From Thermotogota bacterium (GTDB lineage: Bacteria > Thermotogota > Thermotogae > Thermotogales > Thermotogaceae): 64,000 nucleotides of DNA. The stretch covers positions 3,927-67,926 of the forward strand of contig JAUQPE010000018.1 in the NCBI GenBank assembly GCA_030550515.1. Direction: 5' to 3'. The notes under the pieces are model-generated. The model saw only the letters and a list, made by a program, of their open reading frames with translations. It had not been told where the DNA came from and searched no databases. Made by a program: the position numbers and the translations under genes. Positions 31,916 through 41,496 of this stretch are shown here, piece by piece (within the stretch, counting starts at the first letter, position 1; each line of letters begins with the position of its first letter).

Positions 31916-32974
31916 TCACTGTTTCTCGAAGAGTTCGAACGTGTCAGACTTCTTGACCTCCCCGCTGCTCAGAATCAACATCACATGCCCTCCCATCCTC
32001 GGAAAGTCCAAGACCACCTTTTTCCAATCTCGACCAGCTTCCACAAATCCCGCCGTCGCGAGGACATCGGCGGTCACGGCGTCTTCCGAGATCACGGTGA
32101 TGCTCCACACACCTTGGGCGGGGTACCCACTTTTTGGGTCGAGGATGTGGTGGTATCTGACCCCATCCACCTCAAAGTACCTTTCGTAGTCTCCGGAAGT
32201 GGCGACTGCCCCACTCTTCAGGTAGATGTAACCCACTATCCCCTCTCCTCGCGGGTTCTTCACACCGATCACCCACGGGTATTTACCAAATTTCGGGCCC
32301 ACCACAACTATGTCTCCACCCGCTTCGACAAACCCTGTTGCTTGGGGATCGAAAGACAAGGCAATCTTTTTTGCCCTTTCGAGCGCGTAACCTTTTGCGA
32401 TACCGCCGAGATCCAACTTCACGCCGTTCTTCAACATCACCCTCATCCTCTTCTCGTCGAAATGAACGTTCGTGTACCCTACGCGCTCAAGCGTTTTCGA
32501 GATCTCTTCTTTAGAAGGGACACGGAGGTTTTCGTAGTTTCCTTGGAATCCCCACAACTCCAAGAGGCTTCCGATGGTGGGATCGAAGGCCCCTTCCGTG
32601 AGTTCAGCGAAGGCGTAGGCCGCCTTCAAGAGCGCGAAGGTTTCCTCGTCGACGTCTACCCATTCGTCTGGCCTCTCGTTCAACATCTTCAACACGCTTC
32701 TGGGATCCGTGGTGGAGAACTTGTAAGTTATCCTCTGCATGTCGTCCAGAATGGCCTCGGCTATGATCTTGGGATTCATCCTCTTCGAGCTCACCACGAT
32801 CCTGACGTACGTTCCCAAAGCGAAACCCTTGAGTTCGTAGTATTCGGCGGGCTTTCTCAACAAAATCATGGTGAGGAAGAACCCTAGGACAGCCAGGAGA
32901 AGGAAGGAGAAGAGGAAAACTCTCTGTCTCGTCACTCGAATATTCTTGCTATCTGTCGGCCACATTTGAGGCAC
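31916..32974 (-). CDS. apbE: FAD:protein FMN transferase (ApbE family)
   Basis: ApbE family signature regions (LGGIAKGYA…, …EAGGDIVVVG). Confidence 0.8.
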   Translation of the reverse strand: MPQMWPTDSKNIRVTRQRVFLFSFLLLAVLGFFLTMILLRKPAEYYELKGFALGTYVRIVVSSKRMNPKIIAEAILDDMQRITYKFSTTDPRSVLKMLNERPDEWVDVDEETFALLKAAYAFAELTEGAFDPTIGSLLELWGFQGNYENLRVPSKEEISKTLERVGYTNVHFDEKRMRVMLKNGVKLDLGGIAKGYALERAKKIALSFDPQATGFVEAGGDIVVVGPKFGKYPWVIGVKNPRGEGIVGYIYLKSGAVATSGDYERYFEVDGVRYHHILDPKSGYPAQGVWSITVISEDAVTADVLATAGFVEAGRDWKKVVLDFPRMGGHVMLILSSGEVKKSDTFELFEKQ

Positions 32975-33927
32975 TTCCCTTCTCCGTCGAGTCCCACTTT
33001 CTCCACTTCGTATCCCAACCTTCTGATCACCAAACTACCACAATCGGGGCAATGGGTACTCTCGTACCTCTCGTCCCAGACGTTTCCGAGATAGACGAAG
33101 TTCAAGTATTCTCTCGCCACTTCGTAGATCTCGACGAGCTTTTCCACGGGAGTTGGGGGTATCCGATATTTGTAGTTCGGGAAATACCTGCTGATGTGCA
33201 GAGGGATATCTTTACTCAAACTCGCGATCCATTCGAACTCTCTTCCCAGTTCTTCTATGTCGTCGTTCTCGCCAGGGATGATGAGCGTCGTGAGTTCCAC
33301 GTGTACACCTGCCTTGTGCGCTTTCTCTATGTTCCTCAAAACCACGTCCAAATCTCCTCCTATCTTTCTGTAGAACTCCCTGTTGAAACCTTTTAGGTCG
33401 ATGTTCATGGCGTGTACGGATTGGAACAAGAGCTCAAAGGGTCCTTCTTCTACGAACCCGTTTGTCACGAGTACGCAGTACATTCCCTCTTTGACGGCTA
33501 CCCTTGACGTGTCCAAAACGAACTCGAACCAGATGAGGGGTTCGTTGTAGGTGAAGGCGATACCTTTTGAGCCTCTACCAAGCTTTGCGATCTTGACGAG
33601 TTGCTCCGGCATCACTTTCTTGGTTTCTGGTTGCATCTGGGATATAGTCCAATTCTGACAGAAACCGCACTTGAAATTGCACCCGAAGGTTCCAACGGAA
33701 AAGATTTGATCGCCAGGATTGAAATGGAAAAGTGGCTTCTTCTCTATCGGGTCCATCGCTATCGCCGTGACCTCACCGTAATTCAAGCTGACCAAGGCAC
33801 CGTCAACGTTCTTCCTGGCTCCACAGAAACCGATTTGTCCCTCGCTCAGAACACAACGATGGGGACACAAAAGACACCTGACTCTCCCATTCTCAAGGTT
33901 CTCAAAGTGAATGGCCACTCTATCCAT
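32932..33927 (-). CDS. AmmeMemoRadiSam-system radical SAM enzyme (AmrS-like)
   Basis: CxxxCxxC-type cluster motif (CNFKCGFCQN) plus N-terminal Cys cluster; adjacent AMMECR1 gene. Confidence 0.65.
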   Translation of the reverse strand: MDRVAIHFENLENGRVRCLLCPHRCVLSEGQIGFCGARKNVDGALVSLNYGEVTAIAMDPIEKKPLFHFNPGDQIFSVGTFGCNFKCGFCQNWTISQMQPETKKVMPEQLVKIAKLGRGSKGIAFTYNEPLIWFEFVLDTSRVAVKEGMYCVLVTNGFVEEGPFELLFQSVHAMNIDLKGFNREFYRKIGGDLDVVLRNIEKAHKAGVHVELTTLIIPGENDDIEELGREFEWIASLSKDIPLHISRYFPNYKYRIPPTPVEKLVEIYEVAREYLNFVYLGNVWDERYESTHCPDCGSLVIRRLGYEVEKVGLDGEGKCLKCGRQIARIFE

Positions 33928-33942
33928 CCTTCGTCCTCCTGC

Positions 33943-34479
33943 TCACTTGTACCTTTCAACGGTGAACCTGTAGATCTCGAAGTCTTTGTCCCAGTCTGGA
34001 ATGCCGGCCTTCAACTTTGCAATCCTGATCTGCTCTTCGACGGTGTCCACTCCCTCTATGTCGGGAAGGAGTAGACCCCTCCTCCACCCCTTCGCCACGA
34101 TGATACCGTACCTCTTTGGGTCGAGCTCGGATACGTTCTTCACGGGTTCGGGTTTGCTCAGGATGTCCACATGCACGACGATGTCGTCCAACTCTTCGGG
34201 GCTGACGGGTGGGAAACGGGGATCTTCCGTTGCGGCCGCGATGGCGTTGTCTCTTATCTCCAACGCGAGGTTCGGTTTGGTGGGAAGGAAGGTCCCAATA
34301 CAACCCCTCAACGAACCGTCTTTCCTGTGTAAAGTGACGAAGGCGCCCGCTTTCCTCTCGAAGAGCTCTTTGGGTACACTCTCGTCTGGCTCTATCACCC
34401 TACCGTATCGAACGTAGTTTTCTATCACCCTGATGGCCCACCTTACGTAAGGATGTTCTCCTTCCATGCTGATCACCAT
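33943..34479 (-). CDS. AMMECR1-domain protein (AmmeMemoRadiSam system protein A)
   Basis: AMMECR1 motif [18 protein letters not shown]. Confidence 0.7.
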   Translation of the reverse strand: MVISMEGEHPYVRWAIRVIENYVRYGRVIEPDESVPKELFERKAGAFVTLHRKDGSLRGCIGTFLPTKPNLALEIRDNAIAAATEDPRFPPVSPEELDDIVVHVDILSKPEPVKNVSELDPKRYGIIVAKGWRRGLLLPDIEGVDTVEEQIRIAKLKAGIPDWDKDFEIYRFTVERYK

Positions 34480-34534
34480 AGATTGATTATATCACTCGAT
34501 CAATGTATCATTGGTTTTGGAGAGGAGTGAAAGA

Positions 34535-35407
34535 ATGCGCGTGGGAGGACAAGCGGTCATAGAGGGAGTTCTGATGATAGGAAAGTACGTATCGCTTGCG
34601 GTTCGAAACAAGGAAGGAAAGATTGTAGTGAAGAGACTTGGCGAGATCAAACCCTCCCCTCTTTCAAAGATACCTTTTTTGAGGGGTTTCTACGCCCTCT
34701 TCGTCTCCCTGTATTACGGAGTGAAGGGTTTGAACGAATCGGCGGAGATCTCCTCCGGCGAGGAGATGAAAAACAGCGAAAAGTACCTATCTTTGGTGCT
34801 CGCGCTGGGACTCGCCGTTGGTCTCTTCATCTTGCTTCCCATCTTGATCACGAACTTGCTTGACTTGAAGAAGAACGAGTTCGTGTATTCCTTGGTGGAG
34901 GGTTTCATAAGGCTCGGTTTGTTCCTGCTGTACGTTTGGTTTGTGTCGCTTTTTCCAGATGTCAAGAGAGTCTTCCAGTACCACGGTGCCGAGCACATGG
35001 TTGTGAACGCTTTCGAGAGTGGAGAAGCGCTCTCATCTGACAAGGTGAAGAATTATTCAACGATCCACCCTCGTTGTGGCACCAACTTCGCCATGATCTT
35101 TCTGATGTTGGCGATCGTCCTTCTCAGCGCGGTTGGTGCCTTCGTACCCATGAACTTCTGGGCTCGCCTGCTTTCCAGGTTGTTGCTACTGCCCATCGTC
35201 GCCGGGCTCTCCTACGAAGTCTTGAAGTTGATCGCGCTCTTCAGGGATAACAAGATCTTGAAGGCGCTTTACCTGCCGGGTTATCTCCTCCAGTACCTCA
35301 CAACTTCGAAACCCGACGACTCCCAAATAGAGGTAGCCATACTGGCCTTGGAAGACGCCATTGGAAGGGTGGGTTCTTTGGGAGAAGAGCTTGAAGTCTT
35401 GGGGTGA
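34535..35407 (+). CDS. DUF1385 (YqhQ-like) membrane protein
   Basis: family-typical GGQAVIEGVLM N-terminus; RBS GGAGGAG 6 nt upstream of ATG 34535. Confidence 0.55.
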   Translation: MRVGGQAVIEGVLMIGKYVSLAVRNKEGKIVVKRLGEIKPSPLSKIPFLRGFYALFVSLYYGVKGLNESAEISSGEEMKNSEKYLSLVLALGLAVGLFILLPILITNLLDLKKNEFVYSLVEGFIRLGLFLLYVWFVSLFPDVKRVFQYHGAEHMVVNAFESGEALSSDKVKNYSTIHPRCGTNFAMIFLMLAIVLLSAVGAFVPMNFWARLLSRLLLLPIVAGLSYEVLKLIALFRDNKILKALYLPGYLLQYLTTSKPDDSQIEVAILALEDAIGRVGSLGEELEVLG

Positions 35408-35420
35408 TCAGCGCACACTT

Positions 35421-36821
35421 TCATGGGATCGCACGGTACCTGTACAACAGCTCTCTTATGTCTTCGGTCACGTACACTCGGACGATTTGAAGTATGTTGT
35501 TTGAAAAAGCTTGGTACGTTGGGTTTTTCCTCACGTAGTCTTCGAAACTGAGTGTGTCGTCCGAGGTGGGATCGTAGAGGAAGACGTTACTTTGGACGAA
35601 CTCCTCTGGGTGAAGGATCGTGAGTCTGTAGGGAGTGTCGATCTTGAAGTATCTCTCTTTGTGGCTACAGATGTCTCTGATCTTTTCGAGGTCTTCGTCT
35701 CTCACGTTCCCAGATCTGAGCGCTTCTTCAAGGTTTTCCACTATGGCGTCCACGAGACGACGACCGTAAAGCTCGCTCACGGTGGAGAGATCCTTTCCTG
35801 GCATGGTGAGAGGTCTCTCTAAGACCATTTTCCAAAGATCTCTCGCCTTGAACCGTTCGACGAGTTTCTTGGCTTCTCGACCTTCCCAGGAGTCGTCCGT
35901 ACACCTTTCCAGTTCGACGAGGATGGAGTGGTCCGTGAGCTTCAGGAATTCGTCCAGATTGTTCAAGCGTTCTTTTAAATCAAGAACATCGCAGGCGTAC
36001 CTCAATATCTCTTGTATCATGAGATCTGCTGCCCTTGCCGTCTTGTGGAAGTAGACGTTCTTGTACATCATGAACCTGCTGAAAAGTACGGAGTATATGT
36101 TGTCGACGACCTTCACGTGGTAACAAAGGATAGGTTTCCCATCCTTTTGCTTCACCAGAGAGTACCTCAGGATCCTGTCCACGTTCATGGGGGCAAAATG
36201 CCCCACTCCGCTGTGGTAGGAGTCCCTCAAGAGGAAATCGAGTCTGTCCGCACCAAGCGGGCCTTGTATCACGTTGAACTCGACGGATCCCGTCTTCTCC
36301 CCTTCGAACACTTCGACGATCTTTTCGGCCAAAATCTTGAAACCCTCTTCTAAGGAGATCTCCCGCCCCAGGGTGAGTTCCAGATCCTCTTCGATCGCGC
36401 TCTTCATCCTCTCGTTGTAACACTCGTAGACCCTCAACATCTCTTCCGGGAGCTTCTCAAGAACCAGCCTCTTCCTGAACTCGTCGTGTCCGTCTTTGTA
36501 ACCATACCTTTTGTAGACTGCATCGTCGAATTGATGGCTGAAAGGACCATGCCCGGCGTCGTGCAAGAGAGAAGCCAGTCTCACTATCCTGATCTTCCCT
36601 GGCTCCGAAAACAAGTTTTTGGCGTATACACCAGCCAAGTGCATGGTCCCTAAAGAATGGGCGAACCTCGTGTGCGTGGCGCCTGGGTAGACCACCGTCG
36701 CTCCTGCAAGTTGCGAGAGGAACCTGAGCCTCTGCATGATCCTGGTGTCGGTAACCAAGATCTCCAGAGGGTACAGGTGGATCTCGAAGTGAATGGGGTC
36801 TCTCGAAACCTTTCTGAACAT
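35421..36821 (-). CDS. dGTPase-like HD-domain dNTP triphosphohydrolase
   Basis: HD motifs (TRFAHSLG…, SLLHDAGHGPFSH). Confidence 0.75.
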   Translation of the reverse strand: MFRKVSRDPIHFEIHLYPLEILVTDTRIMQRLRFLSQLAGATVVYPGATHTRFAHSLGTMHLAGVYAKNLFSEPGKIRIVRLASLLHDAGHGPFSHQFDDAVYKRYGYKDGHDEFRKRLVLEKLPEEMLRVYECYNERMKSAIEEDLELTLGREISLEEGFKILAEKIVEVFEGEKTGSVEFNVIQGPLGADRLDFLLRDSYHSGVGHFAPMNVDRILRYSLVKQKDGKPILCYHVKVVDNIYSVLFSRFMMYKNVYFHKTARAADLMIQEILRYACDVLDLKERLNNLDEFLKLTDHSILVELERCTDDSWEGREAKKLVERFKARDLWKMVLERPLTMPGKDLSTVSELYGRRLVDAIVENLEEALRSGNVRDEDLEKIRDICSHKERYFKIDTPYRLTILHPEEFVQSNVFLYDPTSDDTLSFEDYVRKNPTYQAFSNNILQIVRVYVTEDIRELLYRYRAIP

Positions 36822-36900
36822 ACGAAACATCACCTCTTGCTCGATTTTAACACTCTTCATGGTAAAATTATCGTAAACGTGAAAGAGGAGACCACGGAGG

Positions 36901-39771
36901 ATGAAAAGGTGGGAGATGTCCAACCCTGACGAGGAGAGCGTTGAATCGCTTTCAAAAACGTTCGGTTTGAGCGAGATCGCTTCCAGGATTTTGGTCAACA
37001 GGGGTTTAAAAGAAGAAGCGGAAGTTAGGCGCTTTCTCTTTGTTGATGAAAGCGCAGTTCATGATCCGTTCCTGTTCAGGGACATGGAAAAGGCGGTGGA
37101 GTTGCTCTTGAGGGCTCGTCGGGAGGGAGCCCTTGTCCTTGTCCACGGGGATTACGACGTGGATGGCATCACGGCGGCCGCCATACTCAAAGAATTCCTC
37201 GAAAAGAACGGGTGGAACGTGAGGGTCTACATCCCACACAGAATGGAAGAGGGTTACGGGATACAACCAGAAAATATCTCATCCTTCGTTAGAGAAGGTG
37301 TGTCGTACCTCGTCACGGTCGATTGTGGTGTAACCGCAAACGAAGCGATCGAGCTCGCCAAAATCAATGGGATAAGGGTCATCGTCACGGATCATCACGA
37401 AGTGAAGAATTCCTCCCTTCCGCCTGCCGATGCCCTCATAAACCCCAAGGTGCCAGGTGAAGCCTATCCCTTCCGCGAACTGGCGGGTGTTGGGGTGACG
37501 TACAAGTTGATACAGGCCTTGTCCAGGTATTTGAACGAATCGGACCCTCGGGAATTCCTCGAGCTCGTCGCTTTGGGAACTGTCGCCGACATGGTCCCAC
37601 TTCTGGACGAGAACAGGTTCTTCGTCAAGGAAGGTCTGAAGCAGATGCAAAGCACCAAGAGAGTTGGCATCCGTAAACTCCTTGAAAGGCTCGAACTCAA
37701 GAGACCCACTTCCCACGACGTGAGTTACAAGGTCGCCCCGAAGTTGAACGCGGCCGGTAGGATGGGAAGCGCGGAGGAAGCCTTTGAACTCCTCACGACG
37801 GCTGATCCCTTCAAAGCCGAAAGACTCGTGGACGATCTCATGCTCTTGAACGACAAGAGAAGGAAGATAGAGAGGGAGATATACAGGGAAGCGGTGAAGA
37901 TGATAGAGGAAGCTGAGCTTTGGAGAAATCCAGTCATAGTCGTTGCGAAGGAGAATTGGCATCTTGGAGTCATAGGCATCGTCGCAGCAAAACTCGCCAA
38001 CCGCTACGAAAAGCCCGTTGTCGTCGTCTCCCTCTTGGAGAAAGTTGCCAAGGGTTCCATCAGGAGTTCAAACGGCTTCAACGTCATGGACATATTCCCA
38101 ATCGATTCTTATGAAATTTTCGACGAAATTGGTGGGCATTCGTCCGCCATGGGATTCACGATGAGACGCGACAGGCTGGATAGTCTGTTCGAGCTGGTGA
38201 GGAACGTGGCCGTGGAATCTAAGGAAGAAAAGATCCTGGTAGACGCTGAACTGAGGCTTTCCGATCTTAACGAAGATCTGAAAAGAGAACTGGAGCTACT
38301 CATGCCCTTTGGGCAGGGAAACCCCGAACCTGTCTTCCTCTTCAGGGACCTTTCGTTGGAGAAGATCAGCTTCTTTGGAGAAGACGAATCCAACGTGTTC
38401 GTCGTGTTCGGGGATGGGAGCAAGAGGGTTGAGGCGTTCGGGTTCAACTTCAGAAAGCTCGTGGAAACTTTCTCCACCGTGTCCTTAGATTTCTACCGCG
38501 GGGATGCTGTTATGAGTTTTCGTTTGCTCGAAAGCGGTTTTTCTCCTCAGCTTCTGGCGATCGATATAAAACCCGTGGGGACCACCAAATGGGAATCGAA
38601 GCGGTTGGAAAAATCCCAAGAGAACTTGACTAAAGGAAGGGTATCCTTGGAGCTTCCCTACCACTTCAAAGCTAGGTTCTTGCTGATGTTGGAGGGTAAG
38701 GTGAAGGGAAGGCTTGGAATCGTTTCGCTCACAAACGCCACGTCTCAAAACGTGTTGGGGTGTCTCATGAGGTATCACACTTCGACCAGAAAGATAGGAT
38801 ACGTGAATTCCTTGTTCGATCGAGACGAAGATCAAGGGGTTGTGCTCTTCACGTTGGCTGGTTTTCTAAGAAAGCTTCCCATTGATGAGTTCGAGTTGTT
38901 CGTTGTGAACGAGTTTCAGGAGTTTCTCGAACACTCGAACAACGACTTGGTGAGCGATTTCTTGAACTTGATCGATCGATACCCAGACAAGTTCCTGATA
39001 CTCTCGTCGACCAGTTTCGATAGAACCTTGCTGGAAAACCTTGGCTTCAGACACCATCATATCAGTCCTCCGGAGAAGGAAGAGTTCTTCATGTCCGACC
39101 AGAGGGGAAGATTCCACTTGGAACAACTCAAAGCGTTGGAAAGGTTTGCGCTGGTCGTTTCGGAGAAGAGGTTTGTTCCCAAAATCTATGGAGAGCTGAA
39201 GGATCTGGGTGTTCTCATATACCACGGAACCATCGAAACGGAGAAGAAGATAAAGTTGATAGATAAGATAGAGAGTGGAGCGGCTCAGAGAGTGATCTTC
39301 ACCAGCAACAACGATGGTCTTCCAACGCACGTGAAAGGAGACATCTTTTTCTACGATTTTCCTCTCTCGCTTTTTGAAATAGAAGATCTCCTCAGAAGAA
39401 AAGCCGTGATCAACCTCTGCTATTCCGAGGAGAACTACCTACAGAGAAAGAGGGAATTGGAGCTCCTCTTCCCGAGTGAGGAGACCGTCGAGGAAATCCT
39501 GAGCATCGCATTGACCAGCGTGGATGCGGACGAGTTGAAAAGGAAGCTGTCCGAGTTTTTGGAAACGGACAACCAAGGTGTCCTGTCGACCTACTTGAAA
39601 CTCATCGAAGTCTCCTTGGACGTTGAAAACGCTCAAACTAAGATGCAAAATTACATGTGGAGGGTTTGGGAAGGAGAACTGGAAAGAGATGGATTTGAGA
39701 GGTGTGGGCGGATATTGATGGGAGAAGTGAGGGAAATATACGCTTTCTTTCAAAGCAGGGTGAAAGGTTGA
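36901..39771 (+). CDS. recJ: single-stranded-DNA-specific exonuclease RecJ with ~380-aa C-terminal extension
   Basis: DHH motifs (HGDYDVDGITA, VTDHHE) and DHHA1 domain within the first ~570 aa; 956 aa total. Confidence 0.85.
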   Translation: MKRWEMSNPDEESVESLSKTFGLSEIASRILVNRGLKEEAEVRRFLFVDESAVHDPFLFRDMEKAVELLLRARREGALVLVHGDYDVDGITAAAILKEFLEKNGWNVRVYIPHRMEEGYGIQPENISSFVREGVSYLVTVDCGVTANEAIELAKINGIRVIVTDHHEVKNSSLPPADALINPKVPGEAYPFRELAGVGVTYKLIQALSRYLNESDPREFLELVALGTVADMVPLLDENRFFVKEGLKQMQSTKRVGIRKLLERLELKRPTSHDVSYKVAPKLNAAGRMGSAEEAFELLTTADPFKAERLVDDLMLLNDKRRKIEREIYREAVKMIEEAELWRNPVIVVAKENWHLGVIGIVAAKLANRYEKPVVVVSLLEKVAKGSIRSSNGFNVMDIFPIDSYEIFDEIGGHSSAMGFTMRRDRLDSLFELVRNVAVESKEEKILVDAELRLSDLNEDLKRELELLMPFGQGNPEPVFLFRDLSLEKISFFGEDESNVFVVFGDGSKRVEAFGFNFRKLVETFSTVSLDFYRGDAVMSFRLLESGFSPQLLAIDIKPVGTTKWESKRLEKSQENLTKGRVSLELPYHFKARFLLMLEGKVKGRLGIVSLTNATSQNVLGCLMRYHTSTRKIGYVNSLFDRDEDQGVVLFTLAGFLRKLPIDEFELFVVNEFQEFLEHSNNDLVSDFLNLIDRYPDKFLILSSTSFDRTLLENLGFRHHHISPPEKEEFFMSDQRGRFHLEQLKALERFALVVSEKRFVPKIYGELKDLGVLIYHGTIETEKKIKLIDKIESGAAQRVIFTSNNDGLPTHVKGDIFFYDFPLSLFEIEDLLRRKAVINLCYSEENYLQRKRELELLFPSEETVEEILSIALTSVDADELKRKLSEFLETDNQGVLSTYLKLIEVSLDVENAQTKMQNYMWRVWEGELERDGFERCGRILMGEVREIYAFFQSRVKG

Positions 39772-40382
39772 TAGTGGCTGTGGATTATGGCGAGAAAAAA
39801 TGTGGCGTGAGTTACGGAGAGGTGCTCCCAAGGAAAACGATCGTGGTTCCAACTTCCAAGTTGAAAGAAGTGATCGCCGATTTGAAACCGACCATCGTCG
39901 TATTTGGGTTACCCATCTCCATGAGTGGCAGGTATTCCACGCAGACGTTTAAAGTCGTGAGGAGCGCTTTGAGTTTCTCCAGAAAGTACAAGGTGTACCT
40001 CTGCGACGAGAGGATGACCACGAAGATAGCCAAAAGGATATCCAAAGAAGACGACAAGGTGAGCGCTTCGCTCATATTCCAGACCTTCGTTCAGAACCAA
40101 AGGGGTTGTTGGGAGGTTTGCGATCCGAGGGAGAGGAAATCCGTCAAGGAAAAGGGAAACAAGGTGCTTGTATACGAGTTCCCAGATCCGGACGTCGAAA
40201 TAGAGGCATCCGAAGTTTTGGTCGTCACGAGAAATCCCGTTCTTGCTTACTTCTACCACGAGAGAGGATACTTTGTGGAGCGAGAATTGAGGGAAGAAAA
40301 GTACGATCTCATCCTGGCAGGGAAGGATTGCGATAGGTTGAGAGAGTTTTTGATCGATGGTGGTAGACTGGTGTGCCTGTAG
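39768..40382 (+). CDS. ruvX: YqgF/RuvX-like Holliday-junction-resolvase-family nuclease with extra C-terminal domain
   Basis: RuvX motifs (LIVAVDYGEKKCGVS…, …SASLIFQTF); TTG start overlaps recJ stop; 3' end overlaps tRNA-Arg by 10 nt. Confidence 0.6.
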   Translation: MIVAVDYGEKKCGVSYGEVLPRKTIVVPTSKLKEVIADLKPTIVVFGLPISMSGRYSTQTFKVVRSALSFSRKYKVYLCDERMTTKIAKRISKEDDKVSASLIFQTFVQNQRGCWEVCDPRERKSVKEKGNKVLVYEFPDPDVEIEASEVLVVTRNPVLAYFYHERGYFVERELREEKYDLILAGKDCDRLREFLIDGGRLVCL

Positions 40383-40448
40383 CTCAACGGATAGAGCGCT
40401 GGACTCCGGATCCAGAGGTTGCGGGTTCGAATCCCGCCAGGCACACCA
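40373..40448 (+). tRNA. tRNA-Arg (anticodon CCG)
   Basis: acceptor GTGCCTG/CAGGCAC, anticodon stem CTGGA/TCCAG loop CTCCGGA, T-loop TTCGAAT, CCA encoded. Confidence 0.85.
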
Positions 40449-40481
40449 GATTTTTTTGTCGGAGAAAGGGAGGTTAGAAAG

Positions 40482-41492
40482 ATGCTGAGAGCGGACATAG
40501 GGATAGACCTGGGAACGGCCTCCATCATCGTCTACAAGAGGGGCGAAGGTATTGTCCTTCACGAGCCCTCCGTGGTGGCCGTCTCGGAAAAGACGGGAGA
40601 AATAGTCGCGATAGGGGAAGAGGCCAAAAAGATGCTTGGGAAAACTCCCGAGGGGTTGAAGGCCGTTCGGCCCATGAAGGACGGTGTTATAGCCGACTAC
40701 AAGACTATAGAGGCTATTTTAAAAGAGTTTTTGAGGAGAATCGTGGGAAAGTTTTCCATAGTGAAGCCCTCGCTCGTGATAGGGGTGCCCACCAAGATCA
40801 CCGAGGTGGAGAAGAGGGCCGTCTTCGAAGCAGGCTTGAGTGCGGGTGCTAGAAAAGTCTACATCGTTTCGGAGCCCATCGCCGCGGCCATAGGTGCCGG
40901 CATAGATATCACGCGATCGGAGGGTAACATGATCGTGGACATCGGTGGTGGCACAACGGACATAGCGGTGATAAGCCTTGGAGGCATCGTCGTTGGGGAA
41001 GCGATAAGAATCGCAGGAGACGCGATGGACGAGGCGATCGTCAGGTACACGCGCAGAAAGTTCGGCTTGATCGTGGGAGAATCCTCCGCCGAGGAGGTGA
41101 AGAAAAGGATAGGAAAGGCCCACCCATCCGTAGAAGATTATGAAATGGAGGTACGCGGCAGGGACATGGTGACGGGACTTCCAAGGGTGGAACGGTTGAC
41201 CTCGACCAACATCCTGGAAGCGATCGAACCAATCCTGTCCATGATACTCACCAAGATCAAGAACATTCTGGAGAAGACGCCCCCAGAGCTCTCCGCCGAC
41301 ATCATATCCAACGGTGTTCACCTCACGGGCGGAGGGGCACTCTTGAGGGGGATAGACAAGTTGATCTCCGAAGAGATACGCGTTCAAACGATCGTTGCCG
41401 ACGACCCCATAACCTGCGTCGCCAGAGGAACGGGTGTTCTGCTCGAGGACGAGAAACTTCTGAAAACCGTCTGCGAGACTTACTCGAGGTGA
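40482..41492 (+). CDS. mreB: rod-shape-determining actin homolog MreB
   Basis: actin-fold phosphate motifs (DLGTA…, DIGGGTTD); RBS GGGAGG. Confidence 0.95.
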   Translation: MLRADIGIDLGTASIIVYKRGEGIVLHEPSVVAVSEKTGEIVAIGEEAKKMLGKTPEGLKAVRPMKDGVIADYKTIEAILKEFLRRIVGKFSIVKPSLVIGVPTKITEVEKRAVFEAGLSAGARKVYIVSEPIAAAIGAGIDITRSEGNMIVDIGGGTTDIAVISLGGIVVGEAIRIAGDAMDEAIVRYTRRKFGLIVGESSAEEVKKRIGKAHPSVEDYEMEVRGRDMVTGLPRVERLTSTNILEAIEPILSMILTKIKNILEKTPPELSADIISNGVHLTGGGALLRGIDKLISEEIRVQTIVADDPITCVARGTGVLLEDEKLLKTVCETYSR

Positions 41493-41496
41493 GAGC

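Noticed and set aside
39909-40562. 217-aa minus-strand ORF
   Set aside because: Runs antisense across tRNA-Arg and the 3' end of ruvX / 5' end of mreB; spurious.
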